This document shows positions 1-13,650 of a stretch of 64,000 bases of DNA, piece by piece. Both the position numbers and the translations under genes were made by a program. Source of the DNA: Lytechinus pictus (taxonomy: Eukaryota); contig NC_087262.1 of NCBI RefSeq assembly GCF_037042905.1, positions 6,758,001-6,822,000 of the forward strand, given 5' to 3'. The notes under the pieces are model-generated. The model did not search any database and was not told where the DNA came from. It saw only the letters and a list, made by a program, of their open reading frames with translations. Each line of letters starts with the position of its first letter. Position 1 is the first letter of the stretch.

Positions 1-2059
1 TAACAGTCATGCGTTTTATATGTTGACTTTGCTGGCTTTCCATAGTTGCGATTGATTGATCGGATCAGTCGCAACTCTTTGTAAGACGGGCCCCAGTTGC
101 ATTACAGATGGATTTGTCAGAGATGCGGTGAGTTAAGCCTCGCATTGCTGAGATGCCTCGTTCATCATCTTCATACAACATGAGACATACACGAGATGAA
201 TATGATAATTAAAATGCAATACGGTCGCAATGTACACTAAGGTCATGAAGACAGTCAAGTGTATGGGAGTCGTCTTTTAATGAATGACGTAATTAAGCGG
301 GAGGAGGGGGGGGGTCAAAAACGATAAAAACGAGTTACGATGCAGGGCCCAGTACCGTCCAAGAAAAATCAAAATTCTAAAAGGGAATGAAAGAAATGTA
401 TGAAGAGGGAGGGTAGAAAGAGACATAGGCTTGCAGAGACAAACAGAGAAAGAGGGGGAGAGAGTGTATTTGCCGATGAGGGGGTAATTTTACTTACTGT
501 TATCTGGGTCTGGTAAAAATATTTTGAAATATATGTGAAGAAGACTATTTGTGTCTTTGTGATGTATGGTTTTACTATAAGCATATACTAAATAAACATA
601 TTTTTATAATGCAACAAGTATGTATGTATTCAGGGTAAAAAAAATATGCAGGCGATGAGAGCCAACGAATCTATTTTTCAAATAAAATATAGTAATAGTA
701 TACGAACACAACATTTGAATGAATAAACAAGATTTTTAAATGTGAAGGGGGGCAAGTGCCCCCGCCTCCCCCTGATTGATACGTTACAGTTACTTCTACA
801 ATTCTGAATAGATTAATATTCTTTCAAAGAAGAAATATATATATAATGAAAATTGATTAGAGGAATCAGAAGAGAAACGAGATGAGTTTGATGATGGGTT
901 AATTTTCCCTTCGTGATGTCTCATTTGTTTCTCTTTCTTTCTTTCTTTCTCTTTGTCTCCCTCGAGGCGGTAGATGAATTCTCAAGGTCATGGTCAAGGT
1001 CAAACGATTCCTCGCTTGAGATGGTGATGTGAAGTGGAGGGTTTGGAGAGGAGATGGATGTGAGTCACTCTATCCTCATCTTCTTCCCTCATCTCAGCTC
1101 GGAATCTCAAGGATAAACATTATGAATGCTCTATCGTCTCTTCGGAACCCCAATCATGATGACATTGAAACATGATTTGAAATCGCTCATCCACTGGGGA
1201 TAATTATTTTTCAGTGATCAAATTTTGGCCCCAACATTCCCACAAATGCACCTATATCAACATGTATAATGCTTGTGACACCCTGATATTTGAGGATAAT
1301 CATGATTAAAGATAAATGCCAGATATGGTAACGATCTCAAAATGAGTTTGAACAGAATCCAATGAAATGGCCACCCAAGTGTTTGTATGTATAACTATAA
1401 AAAAAATGTGCCAAATGGCTCTGGAAGAAAATGGGTAATTCCCGGGAAATTAGCAAAATATGCACAAAATCCCATCAAATGTCGGGTATTTTTTTCAAGA
1501 AATATTAATACACTGTCCCGCATCTGCTTTTCGGTGTTAGTAATCATCAGAATTATCGGTTTTCAGCTAAGCTTTCATGATTTCACGAAGAATTAAGTTT
1601 ACATTGATATACCAGATCTAGTTCTATGATAACATGTGACAATTAATCTTGATCTGAAAACTTTCTCATGAAATAACTGTATGCTGCTACTACTTTCTTT
1701 TACATCGTCTCAAATCGTAGGATTCATTCCTTTCTTTATATTTTTATAGACAGACAAGCGTCACGCGTGCAATCACAAAACATGCCAAATATATGGAGAC
1801 TCAGACATACCGCCACCTATGGACAGTTTCACGAAAGGTTTATTTTCATGTGGATAATTGGCAAAAGTGAAAGAGAGGCGATGTGAAAAATAAGGCCTTA
1901 GAAAAATAATTAGGAAACTTGGTAACCATGGTCTCAAACAAGTTTATTGAATTACTGCTTATCTTCAATAGCAAAAAAAATGTGAAAACCATTTCGGGTC
2001 AAGATCAGCATAAAAAAAATGCCCCTTGAAAAACAATAACCAGAATCAACTTCCTCTCC

Positions 2060-2690
2060 AGGGTTTATTCCAACTCGTCTAATGCCAATTCGTCTAATTA
2101 CCAACCCGTCTACTATCATTTGGTCTACCATCAGTTCGTCAACTCACCACATGTTCTACTTTCATTTAGTCTAATGCTATTCCGTCTAACAACCAGTTGG
2201 TCCAATAGCCATTTAGTCCATACCCCATTTGGTCTAATTAGACTAAAGCGTTAATTGTGCAAAACGAATGAAAAGAAAATGCACTGTAAAAAATGAAGTG
2301 CTAATTTCGCACTTACAGTGCTTGTATAGTGACTGCACTACGAGTGCTGGTTTTCTAGTTCAAATTTAAACTAGAAAATCAGCACTCGTAGTGCAGTCAA
2401 TGTACAAGCACTGTAAGTGCTACTTTAGCACATCATTTTTTGCAGTGTGGGTATTAGACCAACTGGTTATTAGACAAAACGTTAATAGGCGAACTGGTGA
2501 TTAGACGAAGTGATGATTGGACCAAACGGTCATTGGACCGATTAGACGAAGTGATGATTGGACCGAATGGTTATTGGACCAAATGGTTGTTAGACGAAAT
2601 GTTGATGGACGGAATGGCATTAGACTAAATGAAGGTAGACCATGTGGTGAGTGGACGAGTTGGCAGTGGACGAATTGGCAATTCATCCCT
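2060..2690. repeat. Foldback-type repeat with ~15-bp TTAGACCAA/TTAGACGAA subunits
   Basis: Inverted halves; a second copy at about 40580-40945 and a related one at about 21470-22450. Confidence 0.75.
2282..2447. mobile_element. Palindromic CACTG-terminated MITE (animal EnSpm/CACTA-like), 2-bp TG TSD
   Basis: TG|CACTG...CAGTG|TG, nearly a perfect hairpin. The empty site GAAAATGGGTATTAGACC is in the paralogous repeat at about 40757. Confidence 0.85.
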
Positions 2691-3803
2691 CTGCAGTATA
2701 ATGTAAAAATATATATTCTTTGCTGATTAAATTCATATTAATATAATTATGGTGAGATAGATTGGAGTATAATCTTGTCTAGTCACCCTTTTATCTCAAT
2801 CTTTGCACAATAAGGAATTTACGGAGAATCACTTCGAAAGCAGAAAGTCGGAGCTATTATTTTGTTTTAAATGATATAGTCCGGAGTTTAGACTAGATAT
2901 TCCTATCCATTTGATTTCTGAAATTCATGAACGAGGCAGTAAAACCAAACTCTTTAATGTTTAGTTGTTGTATAATGGCGTTCCATTCAGGAAGATGATT
3001 TTTGGGGAAAATTTCTCCTGTTTCTTCAGCTACCTCTGATTTGCATATAAAATCAATGATTTTACCCTTTCCCAACAGCAAGTTTTATTCCTGAATGACC
3101 TTTGATATCTCAATGCAATGCAACTTGTAAATAAAATTTGACAATGAACACACGATGGACAAGTAAACATACATTATCCTGTGGCGTAGTGCGCCAAAAG
3201 ATTTAAAGGGGCTAAATGGCATATTTGGTAAAAATGTATATTTTTAAAAATGCGAGAATACAAAGGAAGCGAGGAAAAATGTTGACCATCGCAATATATC
3301 ATCTTATTTTAATGATAGATTTTGATATAATATTCATAAAAATAGAATTTTATTTCAACCTTTTCCTTTCAATTCTCTTTCTTTTCTCTTTCTTTTCTTG
3401 GTCGTCAAACTTTTTGGGACATGTCACAAAGCCACCCCCATCTGTGCGCCAGTGTCATCATCCTAAGATAGATCGAACCATCATTTGAGGTACAGTCATA
3501 ATGTAAATTTGTTGATTCAATATTTGCTTTGATAAATCAAGTGTTATCCAGGGAGCTAATATACATAGTAATAGGCCTATATCTTAATGGTAGAACCGGT
3601 AATGTTATCGCAGACTTTGTGAGACTGATTTATTGCACATTGATAATCACCTTTCTGAAGGATCATTGATTTATAAAATTTATTCCATTCCATGGCCATT
3701 CTCCCTCGGGCCGTGGGCCCCTCGTGAGAAGGGTCTAATTGATGTTCCTTCAATATGAATAGTTTTAGCTTGACCCTCGAGCATCATGGTAGATTTGTAT
3801 GAT

Positions 3804-3934
3804 CATTGGCGGCGGAAGCCAAAAATTATAGGGGGGGCCACAACATTTTTGACAAGCCAAAAAAAAAAAAAAGTTATCAACAAAAAATTGGGGGGGGGGG
3901 AGGGATCGTCCCCCACCCGCTTCTGCCGCCTATG
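3804..3934. mobile_element. Short hAT-like MITE upstream of GST#1
   Basis: TIR CATTGGCGGCGGAAGC / GCTTCTGCCGCCTATG; 8-bp TSD TGTATGAT/TGAATGAT (1 mismatch); related copy at about 35781-36000. Confidence 0.7.
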
Positions 3935-4313
3935 TGAATGATATCCTTGATATACATTGCACGCATGAATATACATTGTCAATGTCACCTGTCTATAATA
4001 CTCGAATGTCTAAATATCATTGCCACGTTCTAAGGTGTTAAAATAGTTGTTTGCTTAATAACGCGATATGTTCGATATGAATCAGATAAAAATATACACA
4101 GTCATACCCAAATTCTTATTTCATGATTTTTGAGCTTATAAGGCAATGAAAACCCAGACTTTGCTTATCCGACTTTCCAAATAAAGGCCTGTTACACGCC
4201 CCTTTTTGCCAGTACTTCTACCGATCGAAGCCCTTCGACGAGCGCATATCGAGTTAAAAGACAGAGACAAGTGAACGACTCCCAGACATTATCTCCGATT
4301 GCACACCGCCACC

Positions 4314-7300
4314 ATGCCTACCAAGTACAAGCTGATCTACTTTAACTTCCGTGCCCGAGCCGAGTGCGCCCGGCTTCTCTTTGCCCAAGCCGGAGTCGAG
4401 TACGAAGACTGTCGGCTGACGCAAGACGAGTTCAAAGCCATAAAAGAGGATGTAACAAGTGAGTATATGCCATTTTCCGAAGTCGACAAAGTTTGTTTGG
4501 TGCAACACAACGTGAGGGGTATACTCGAAATACATTGCACCCTTGCGTCAGTGGCTTGCGCAGTGTTTTGTCGTACCATTTGATGATGTGACGCAACATG
4601 AACGTAAACTAAACGATGGAGACCAATAAATAATGGATCCCGTTAAACTTGAATGAATTTTCCTAGAGAGGTGTATATCTTTGACGCACCATTGCGTCAG
4701 CGGATATTGTAAGATTGTTACTCAACATTCGAAGATGTGACTTTTATATCACAAATATGAACAGCATGGGGAACACCAAGCGCATATAATTGCTTGGAGT
4801 GCTGTTCATTGATCAGTTGAAATTATAGTGCTGGCTATTCGTATAGTGTTTGTATCACTACTGTTTGGGCCGACGCAGAGTTTTGACGCACCAAGAGAGG
4901 GCGTCTTTAATATAAAGGCTATGTAAAGGATGAAATCAGAATGTGCTTTAGGCCTGCGGTGTCGTGTTTTAATCTGATCTATATAAGCTTCGTATAATCT
5001 ATCAAAACATTTTTTAACAACAAAGCTAAAACGCCGGCATTTATACAAAGTGAATAGCGAATGTTTGATGTCAGTAATTCTCTCATTAACATACCGACTG
5101 TGTTGTTTATATAACTTCTTTGTGAAGTGAAACTTAAAATATAACTATAAATTATTATGCTATATCATCAGATATTGATGAAATTTTCTATTTTTTATAT
5201 GTTTCTCTCTATAATTTGATCTTGACGTTAACTCAACCTATGATATAAAACAAAACTACTGCACGCATCTCATGTAAGATTTCGAATGTTCATACAATAC
5301 CTAAGTACGCATATTATATATAAGATTCTGACCAACATCAGGGTCCCGTCTTACAAAGAGTTACGATTGAACCGTTCAACCTAAACTATATGGAAATCCA
5401 ACTATGTCATAATTCTATTTCCAGGAAAGTTGCATGGTGTCCTTTGTAAACAAAGAGAAGCACAATGAATTTACAAGCAAACTGTAAATGTATATATGAT
5501 TATACCTCATATCTAGAAAATATTTTGAGCAAACATGCATTTTCGATGTTGACGTTGCTGGCTTTCCATAGTTGTGATTGATCGGATCAATCGCAAGTCT
5601 TTGTAAGACGGGGCCTAGAAATTGAATTTCTTTTACTGTCTGTCAGTACATAATCAATCACCCATTTTAATATGTACAGACTTCATATACTTAGCGCAGA
5701 CTGTGTCTATTTATCTTCTGTAAATCAATGTTTGAATTCCATTATACAAAGAAAAGACAGTCTAACGTCGTTTATTCGGCGTCCAAGGCCAATATTTATC
5801 AAACAACATTACTTCCTTGCGGATTTTCTGATCATCAATCTTTCATTGTTATCTCGAGAAATAGTTTTAAATTCAAACGACATTTAACGACGTAGGTTAA
5901 CATTACAAAGGTCTTTAATTATCTATAAAAAAAATTAAGAAATACTGAACTTTGAGTCATGTTGTATTAAATCATATGGATGAAAAAAAGCCCAAGAAGC
6001 AAAAAAAAAAATAGTTCTGGACATTTTCTAGATATCTGTCACAGAAGAATCATCATTTGTGACCTACCACCCCCAAAACCACCAATAAGTCGCCAGGTAA
6101 GGTTGTAAATAGCCAAAATAGTAATTTAGTCTAAAAAAGCCCCCAAAAATAGTTCATCTGAAAGGACAATAATCTTCTTCATACTGTGAAAATTTGAAGC
6201 CATGAAGGTGAATAAAAGAAAAGATACAAGAGTTTATTGGACACTATTTTTTCGGACTGCTTATATAGAAGTTTCACTGAGATTACACAGTATGCACATC
6301 TCATGCTTGAGTGAACCCCAGTCCCCAGACTTCAAACCTTGTTTTCTCCTTATTTTTTAAGCTCTTGCTTAATTTCCTATACATTCGATCAAGTATGGTT
6401 ATTGTTGGTCAATTTTAACATTTTACATATCATTTTAAAGCTTAGGAAATTAATTTTCAGGCTCAATAATAATCTCAATATTCATTCTGGTCGACTGCTG
6501 GTTCTTGGGTGGTAGGTCACATTTACCAATCTCTTGCTGTAGGAAGAATGATACGACACATATCAGTGTATGTGATGAATTTAAGATGGTGTCTCTTTGT
6601 ATTTTACTATTTGAAACACTAAATAATGATATGGGCCCGATTTTATCTGGTCTTCATTTTTATGAAATATCACAGACACACGAAATCAATGTTAACCGAT
6701 GGCTATAATGTCAAGAAAATATCGGACGCCTATTGTATTGCAACTTTTTTTAAATCAATATACAGACTCACGTCGCGTACATACTGAGTGAATGTGAATC
6801 ATAAATATATAATCTCCCTAACTATTGAAATGTATCGAATGTTTTGATTTATTTTTCAGAGGTTCCTCTGGGTCAGCTCCCGGTCTTAGAGATTGACGAG
6901 CATCCCCCGCTTCCACAGAGCCATGCCATTGAGAGGTACCTCGCCAAAAAATTAGGTAATAATTCCTCTTCCCCCTTTTAGAAAAAAAAAATATTTCATT
7001 GACTGAAAAAAGAACACCAATTTCTCTCATAAGATTATTTTTTTCTTCACCCCCAACAAAATGTACATATCTTTAAAAACAGTTTTCTTTTTTTTGCAAG
7101 CTTGAAGTATTACCTGTTTTGGGGTTAAGCGTTCGCCATGTTCACAAGCGAAGCTGCAAGCCTAATCGGAACTTCATCGTAGATGGCGCCAGTTACTCAA
7201 AGCTGCAAGTGACATTTTAAAATGTAAAATTTCATTGAGTTGGGGAGAAAAATGTTTTCCCGTGTCATTTACAGCGAGCAGATGAATACTTTCAGTGAAA

Positions 7301-10300
7301 TAAGTACAGTATCATCGGTATCATCAGTCAAAATATTAGACTCCATGCTTTTGATTGTGACACCAACCTGTATCATTATGTAATGTCGTGCTTTAACCAA
7401 CTTTGAAGTATTCAAATCGTTCCAACATCTACAAAATAATATTTCTTTTAGGTCTGTATGGTAAAGATGACGGAGAAACTGTGCGCATCGACGTCGCGTG
7501 CGAGAGCATCCGGGACCTCGTCACCTATCTCATGAAGATCTACTTCGAAAGTGACACAACTAAGAAAGTAAAATAAAATTCTCTCATTTTGACCCAAAGA
7601 AAGAAGGGATATTAGTAAAAGAGTTGTGTTAATACTGACACCAATTGTATACAGGGATTTATGTTTATATTCTCTAATTTGTATTATGATTTTATGTTAT
7701 TCCTTTGTATAGCGCTTAGAAACATTCGTTAAAAGTGCTATATAAGATGAAACGTTTGATAATAATAATAATAATAATAATGATAATAATAATAATATAT
7801 ATATATATATATATTCCGCGTGTTGGATACAAATGGGTAGAAAACAAGGACAAGGAGTACATCTTTGAGTGGTAATACATTCACTTTATTACCGAGTCCA
7901 AGTTTTCGAAGGAAACCTCGCGGCGTCTTTCGCAGGGATACAAAACTCACAATGAGTTTTGTATGTGTGTATATCTATATTCTAAATTATATTTTTGACA
8001 ATAATATAATCAGTGACGTAATTTTACCACACCCCGCGAAATGGTGGTATGGTGGTAACGAAATATAAAATCAAACTTTAAAATCGAAGAAAATAGTTTG
8101 GTCACTACAGTCATAGGTTTATTCCAATTTCTAGTCGATCATTGCGGCGCAGACAGATTATAATGTCATCATGTTATACTGTCTTGATCCCGCTTATTAA
8201 AAAAAGAAGAATGCAGAATACATTTATGAATGTGGTTAAAAATTCGGTGGATTCACAATACGGTGCGCCATCTATCGGTTGACAGCGGACAGGCCAATTT
8301 CTAAATTTTGGGTCGACTTTTGGGCGCAGGCTAGGCGCAGCCAGCTCATAGTGTACTGGTGTAAAGATGCTTCAAAAATGAAAACCGTATGATAAGCGGA
8401 GGAAGAAGTAACCGAAAACGGTCTAAATTAATTCCCCAAAGAAATCTGCAGCGAATTTCTCTCCCACCTCCTAGACCTTGCATGGTAAAGAGCATAATCT
8501 TGTGCAAACCGGTCGAGCCGCGTCTTCCTTTTGTTTCGTGCGGTCAGCTAGCACATGCACTAGCGCGTGCATGCAGATGTCGACTTTTTTCCGTGAGGAA
8601 TTGCGAATTTCGGCCTGTCAGGTGGCGCACCGTTGTTCTGAATCCACCGAAGACTGCACATGGACTCCATCCCTCTCCCTCGATTGTGACTTGCTTGTAC
8701 CATTTGATATTTTTGTGCTTTAATTTGTATTTTAATAATTTGTTCATTTTTAAATTCGATTATTTTTAAGGCTGAGTTGGAAAAGTCCTTCATTGAGAAA
8801 GATTCTGTGACCATTCTCACCGCCATGACGAGGGTTCTGGAGAAGCAAAGCGAGCAAGGAAAAGGGTACTTCATCGGAGATTCAGTAAGTTCGTGTATCG
8901 AGTATGATTCAATTTTATTTGTCAAGTTTAAAGATTTAGGGACCGTGGCCGGGTGGTCTAAGGCTCCTGACGAGACACATTAAAGTTCTCAAGATTAATT
9001 AAGATGGTCATAAAATAAGTGCGTGATATTTTTTGTTTTTAAATTTGATTTGGCTCTTTCTCCCCGACTCCCACCTTTAAACAACATTACCTTAACATGC
9101 CATTAGTAGGCCTATGCCTACTGTAAGATTTAAATAGACAATGCATATCTATATGCTCGTAGCGGTGTTTTCCGCTAGGTCATTGAATGCAATTATTTAT
9201 TTAAAAATAAGGTCATAAATCGTAGACCTCAGGATATGGGGTATTTGGCTCGGCTGCTTATTCGAATTACAAGAACAAGCGGTGATCTAGGGGATGATAG
9301 GGGTGAGCCCCCCCCCCCCCCCCCCTCGAATGTCAAATTGTGTACAACTTCCTATGGGAGAGTGTTTATATTTTATACACTTTTATATAAATATGTAAAT
9401 CACAGTGCTTCAATCAACGTAGGTCGATACCTAACAACTCCCTCTCCAAATTCTATGAGGACACGGAAATCATCGTCAATCTCTTTCTCCCGACCAACAA
9501 CAAAAAAGGCTGCTTCAAGTACTCTTTCCTTCCAATTAAGGACTATGGCAGAATGGAATCTGCTACCAGTAGACATACGTGAAGCTAAATCGGTCGATGG
9601 TTTTAAGACAAGGCTAAACAAAATTCAAATGTCTACTTTCATCCGGGGGCACATTATTAATTCAAATTCATCACTAGCCACACACGCCTGCAGCAATATC
9701 CCGATTGAGGAGTTTGCCTGCAGTAACAAAAAGAAGAAGAAGGGTCATCTCACCCCTGCCCAATATCTTATCGCTGACTTACCAATCAGCAGACATGTTG
9801 TCGGTCTCCTCCCGGTATCACAGGCCTAAAACATTTCCCATAGACTCGTGTGTTAAGGTGGCACTTCAAAAAAAAATCATAAAAAATAAGGATGAAATTC
9901 GAGGGTTGAATGTTTACTACCCGTGGATAGGATATTTATGTCTGACATTCCATATCTGACCAGCTCATTTTAAAGATAAATCGGCATTCATGAAGACTAC
10001 ACCTGACAGGATCAAATTCATCACTTGAGACAGTAAAACGGCCCTAATTCTTCCGCCAGTAAAAAAAAATAGTTCCAAAGGGTGATATATCTTCCCACTT
10101 TGCAAAAAGGAATTTCAGTAGTTACCCTCCCTGTAGAATCAGTGTTAGATTGTCAATCATATTCATTCATTTTTGTCAATCAGCAATAGCAAATTCAAAA
10201 ATTGAGAATGAGTTGGCTCGAATGAATATCTTTTGTCTGCCAGTTGTAATTACGCCCGTGCAACCTCCATATCCCAGGACCCCGCCTTGCTTACATAGAG

Positions 10301-11176
10301 TTACGATTGATCCAGTCAACCTCAGCTAAATGGAAATCCATCAATGTCATATTTTTTTCTACGGGAAGTTTTATAAATTTCCTTTTAAAGAAAAGCACTG
10401 AATTTTCAAGAAAACAATGAATGTAAGAATATACATTATCTAGAATATATTTTTTAAACATCTGTGGACTTTAGATAATGGCATTGCTGGCTTTCCATAG
10501 TTGTGGTTGATCTGATGAATTGCAACTCTTTGTAAGACAGGACCCTGGTGATCGTTTCATAAAACGGTTTAAAGCTACTGAAATGCACCAATGTGATTGG
10601 CTGATGGTAAACGCGTTAAAGAAATCATGCATTTGTTATCATAACAAGTCTTTGTGAAACGGGACCCTAGTTCTGAAAGACAGTCCACGCCCTTCTAAAC
10701 TCGATGGCCTGTGAGTGACTTGCGGACAAGAATGCAAAGTATATCTCATTCTGTATGCAGGTGTACATCCTAATATTATCGTGTAATGTAGGTTTTATTG
10801 TTAGATCAACTCAGCAATAAGCAATTCTCAATAAGCAAACTCAAAGTGGCCATTCAAAGTGTTCTAGATAATAATTGACAATATACATGTACTTTGGTTT
10901 GCTCATGTTTGCTTGCAAAGAAGCATTGAATACGGCTACTTGACGGAGAATTACGCATTGATTGCATTTTCATAGACTTTCACCCCGTAAACATCGTATC
11001 ATTTGCTCCAGATGACCCTTGCCGATATTGCCATCTTCAATTTCTTTGACGGGCTCTTCAAACACATGCCTCCGCTGATTGACAAGTATCCGACGTTGAG
11101 GGCGTTTGAGGACAAAATGAGGGCGGAACCAAAAATAGCTGCTTGGCTTGCAAAGAGGCCAGAAACCCAGTTCTAA
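4314..11176 (+). CDS. Sigma-class glutathione S-transferase #1 (HPGDS/S-crystallin-like), 5 exons, 211 aa
   Basis: Exons 4314-4458, 6860-6955, 7452-7567, 8771-8884, 11012-11176 have GT..AG introns (phases 1,1,0,0) and join into a 636-nt ORF. Motifs: MPTKYKLIYFNFRARAE (catalytic Tyr), PLGQLPVLEID, QSHAIERYLA, YFIGDSMTLADIAIF, KIAAWLAKRPETQF*. Confidence 0.95.
5341..5615. mobile_element. ~275-bp MITE family (TIR GGGTCCCGTCTTACAAAGAGTT)
   Basis: Further copies at about 1-94 (partial), 10277-10545, 18854-19142, 45757-46017 (inverted) and 47948-48175. Confidence 0.85.
6059..6520. mobile_element. MITE with GTGACCTACCACCC TIR and ATTT TSD
   Basis: ATTT|GTGACCTACCACCC...GGGTGGTAGGTCAC|ATTT. Confidence 0.75.
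8243..8651. mobile_element. MITE with ~30-bp imperfect TIR
   Basis: TTCGGTGGATTCACAATACGGTGCGCCA...TGGCGCACCGTTGTTCTGAATCCACCGAA. Confidence 0.7.
9400..9743 (+). mobile_element. LINE (CR1/L2 group) 3' fragment
   Basis: SFQLRTMAEWNLLPVDIREAKSVDGFKTRL resembles an ORF2 C-terminus; ends in an (AAG)n tail. Confidence 0.65.
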
Positions 11177-13324
11177 AGAAGGAAGAGAGAAACGTTCCTA
11201 GGATCCAAGAGGGCTTAACTCGCCGCGATCTTCATTAGCGTATTTTATTATCCACTTCGCAGACGTTTTCTGCAACGTTCAGAATCTATTGAAAATGCCC
11301 GTCAACACACAATGGATAGATTAGAGGTCATTGTCGAATGTTGATGGACCGGGACAGCACCCAAAAAAAAAATCGTCTTAAGATTCGGACTGGACAAAAT
11401 ATTGCAAAAATGTAGTTTGATTCACTGATTTTCGACAAAGGCTTCTTTGTTATAAAGGGCTTTTAACATAGATATACCCCTATGAAGCAGACGCAGTAGA
11501 GAGACTAATCTCTTTTCTTCAAACTCTGTATAATGCACTGTAAAAAAAAAGCATAGAAGACTAATCCTGTCCCATTTATCTAATGCACGTTAGCCTCAGT
11601 TTGCCTAATCTCATTTGTCACCTCACCCCTCAACGATTTAAAGCCAGGTTTGGTCTTATACCCACCTCTCTCCCTGTAATCATGAGTCTCCCCCTCCTCT
11701 CTCTGAATATGTAAAATTATAATTACTAGCCTAAGTTACAGCTAGACTATTAGATCGTGTAAATAAAATCTTTATTAGTCAAAAATTGGTATCTTCAAAA
11801 GGAAAACTGATCTTTCGCATTTCTTCACTCTAACAACTTCTTTATGTAGAGAACAAAAACAATACTTACGTTAAAAAAAAACTAAATGCATCTTATGTAA
11901 ATCGTCAAAAGAATCTGTGATAATTGCAATATGTAAAGATAGTGTGTTTTTTTTTTCTTTTATTATATGCTTTCAATTTTAAATTTAGTTAACTCTTTCT
12001 GTCCCTGGCGTTCCGATGGTTCATATTTCTTATCTTGTATTGTTTATACTGAAATGTATTGTAATTCGTAATTTTCTTTTCTGAATAAAAAGTGATAATA
12101 ATAGAATATATATTATTTGACAATTTCGACTTTACAAAATTATTTTATCAAATAAAATGTTCTGTTAAGGGACGTGTCGAGCTGAGTCGGTGTGAAATTT
12201 GTAGAGTGTTAAATTACGGTGTATGATTTCAGATAATTGCGAACGAGTAAAGCAAGCTAGCAATACTGTGATAAAAAAAAAACATTTTTTTTTTTGGGGG
12301 GGGGAGGGGTCTCAGACATTTCGTGAAATAAGCTTAGTACAAGCAATTTGGTGACGGGTGATTTCATGAGAATTTTGTTTGAATACATGGTTAATTTACA
12401 CTCTAAAAACACTGAGTAAAAATTTCTCCTCAATGTCATGTTCGACAACGATTAATTCTTCTTGAACATGTGGAATTAGCAATGTTTAATACTATATGGT
12501 TTAATCAAGTTGGTCCTAATTGTCAAATCTGTATAAAAAAAATGAAATATTGTATAATTCAAACAAGACATACAAAATAAATTGTGATTGAGGGACATCA
12601 TCAACTGTCTCATTTGCATGTCGCTGAGTTGTGCATATCACCGTTTTGTGAAAAATAAGCGATAATTTAAAATGGCATAACTTTCTTATTTTACATCCGA
12701 TTTTTGTGAAATTTTCAGTGTTATGCTTGTTGGATTTTTCTTTTTCTATTTTAATCCACTTTTGTTGAGGTTGACTTGTCCTTTAATTAAAAAAAATCCC
12801 TTTATAATCCTAAGATACAGTAATAAAAAGTGCATATTATCAAGCATTATACCATTCATGCCGTATTACTCTATTCAGTTTTATATATATAGGACGAGTA
12901 TTGTATTTTTCTCGAGTAGAGTGAGCAAGTTTGGGACGTGGAGTTTGTCATTTGAATGTACAGGTAACACGTTTTAATTTTAAAAGGTACATCTTCCCAT
13001 AGTAATATTTGATATTCAGTCACCTTACTGCACAAAAGTTGATGATGATGGGCGTCCCCCCCGATGTTGCTTAAGTGATGGCTGAAACCATTATGTATCT
13101 AGGGTAGATGTGCGAGCGTATTGCGAGCGAGGAAATTTGAGGACGCTGTCATTATTATCTCTGATATATGATTATTGTAATTTTCAACATTAGATTACAT
13201 GTACTTGAAATCAGTCACGAAACTGGTAAAAAAAAGTTTTGAGGGGCAGTCAGTGGAGAGAAGATCTCTAAAGGAGCCAGCGAACGGGCCAATGCATGAT
13301 CATAGTGTGACATTATGCGTTGCT

Positions 13325-13650
13325 ATAATAATAATAATAATAATAATAGTAATAATAATACTAATGATAAGAATAACGGTATATTTTAACCAGGTTAGCC
13401 ACTTCAGTTCCGAAAACTGTTCTCCCAGCGGGCCCTGCTATCATTATTACCCCGGATAAGCTAGGCTACCTATTCAGGTGCACATCACAGCTTTTTGAGG
13501 AATTACATCCTGTCGGTCCGGTCCTGGGTCGAGTGCAGCACACTGTGGATGAATTCCTTGCTGAAGGAAACTACGCTATGGCTGGGATTTGAACCCACGA
13601 CCCTCTGTTTCCAAGTCCGGAGACTAATCAACTGGGCCACGACGCTCCAC
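13325..13650 (-). mobile_element. tRNA-derived SINE with (TTA)n tail
   Basis: Minus strand head GTGGAGCGTCGTGGCCCAGTTGATTAG...GGTTCAAATCCC (A/B boxes), a body and a microsatellite tail. Confidence 0.8.

Noticed and set aside
9236-9829. 197-aa ORF as a novel nested gene in GST1 intron 4
   Set aside because: It is a composite of poly-C and a LINE 3' remnant, with no splice or domain support.
13570-13650. Functional tRNA gene (also 36654-36725)
   Set aside because: Stems are imperfect and the sequence continues into a SINE body and tail with no terminator.
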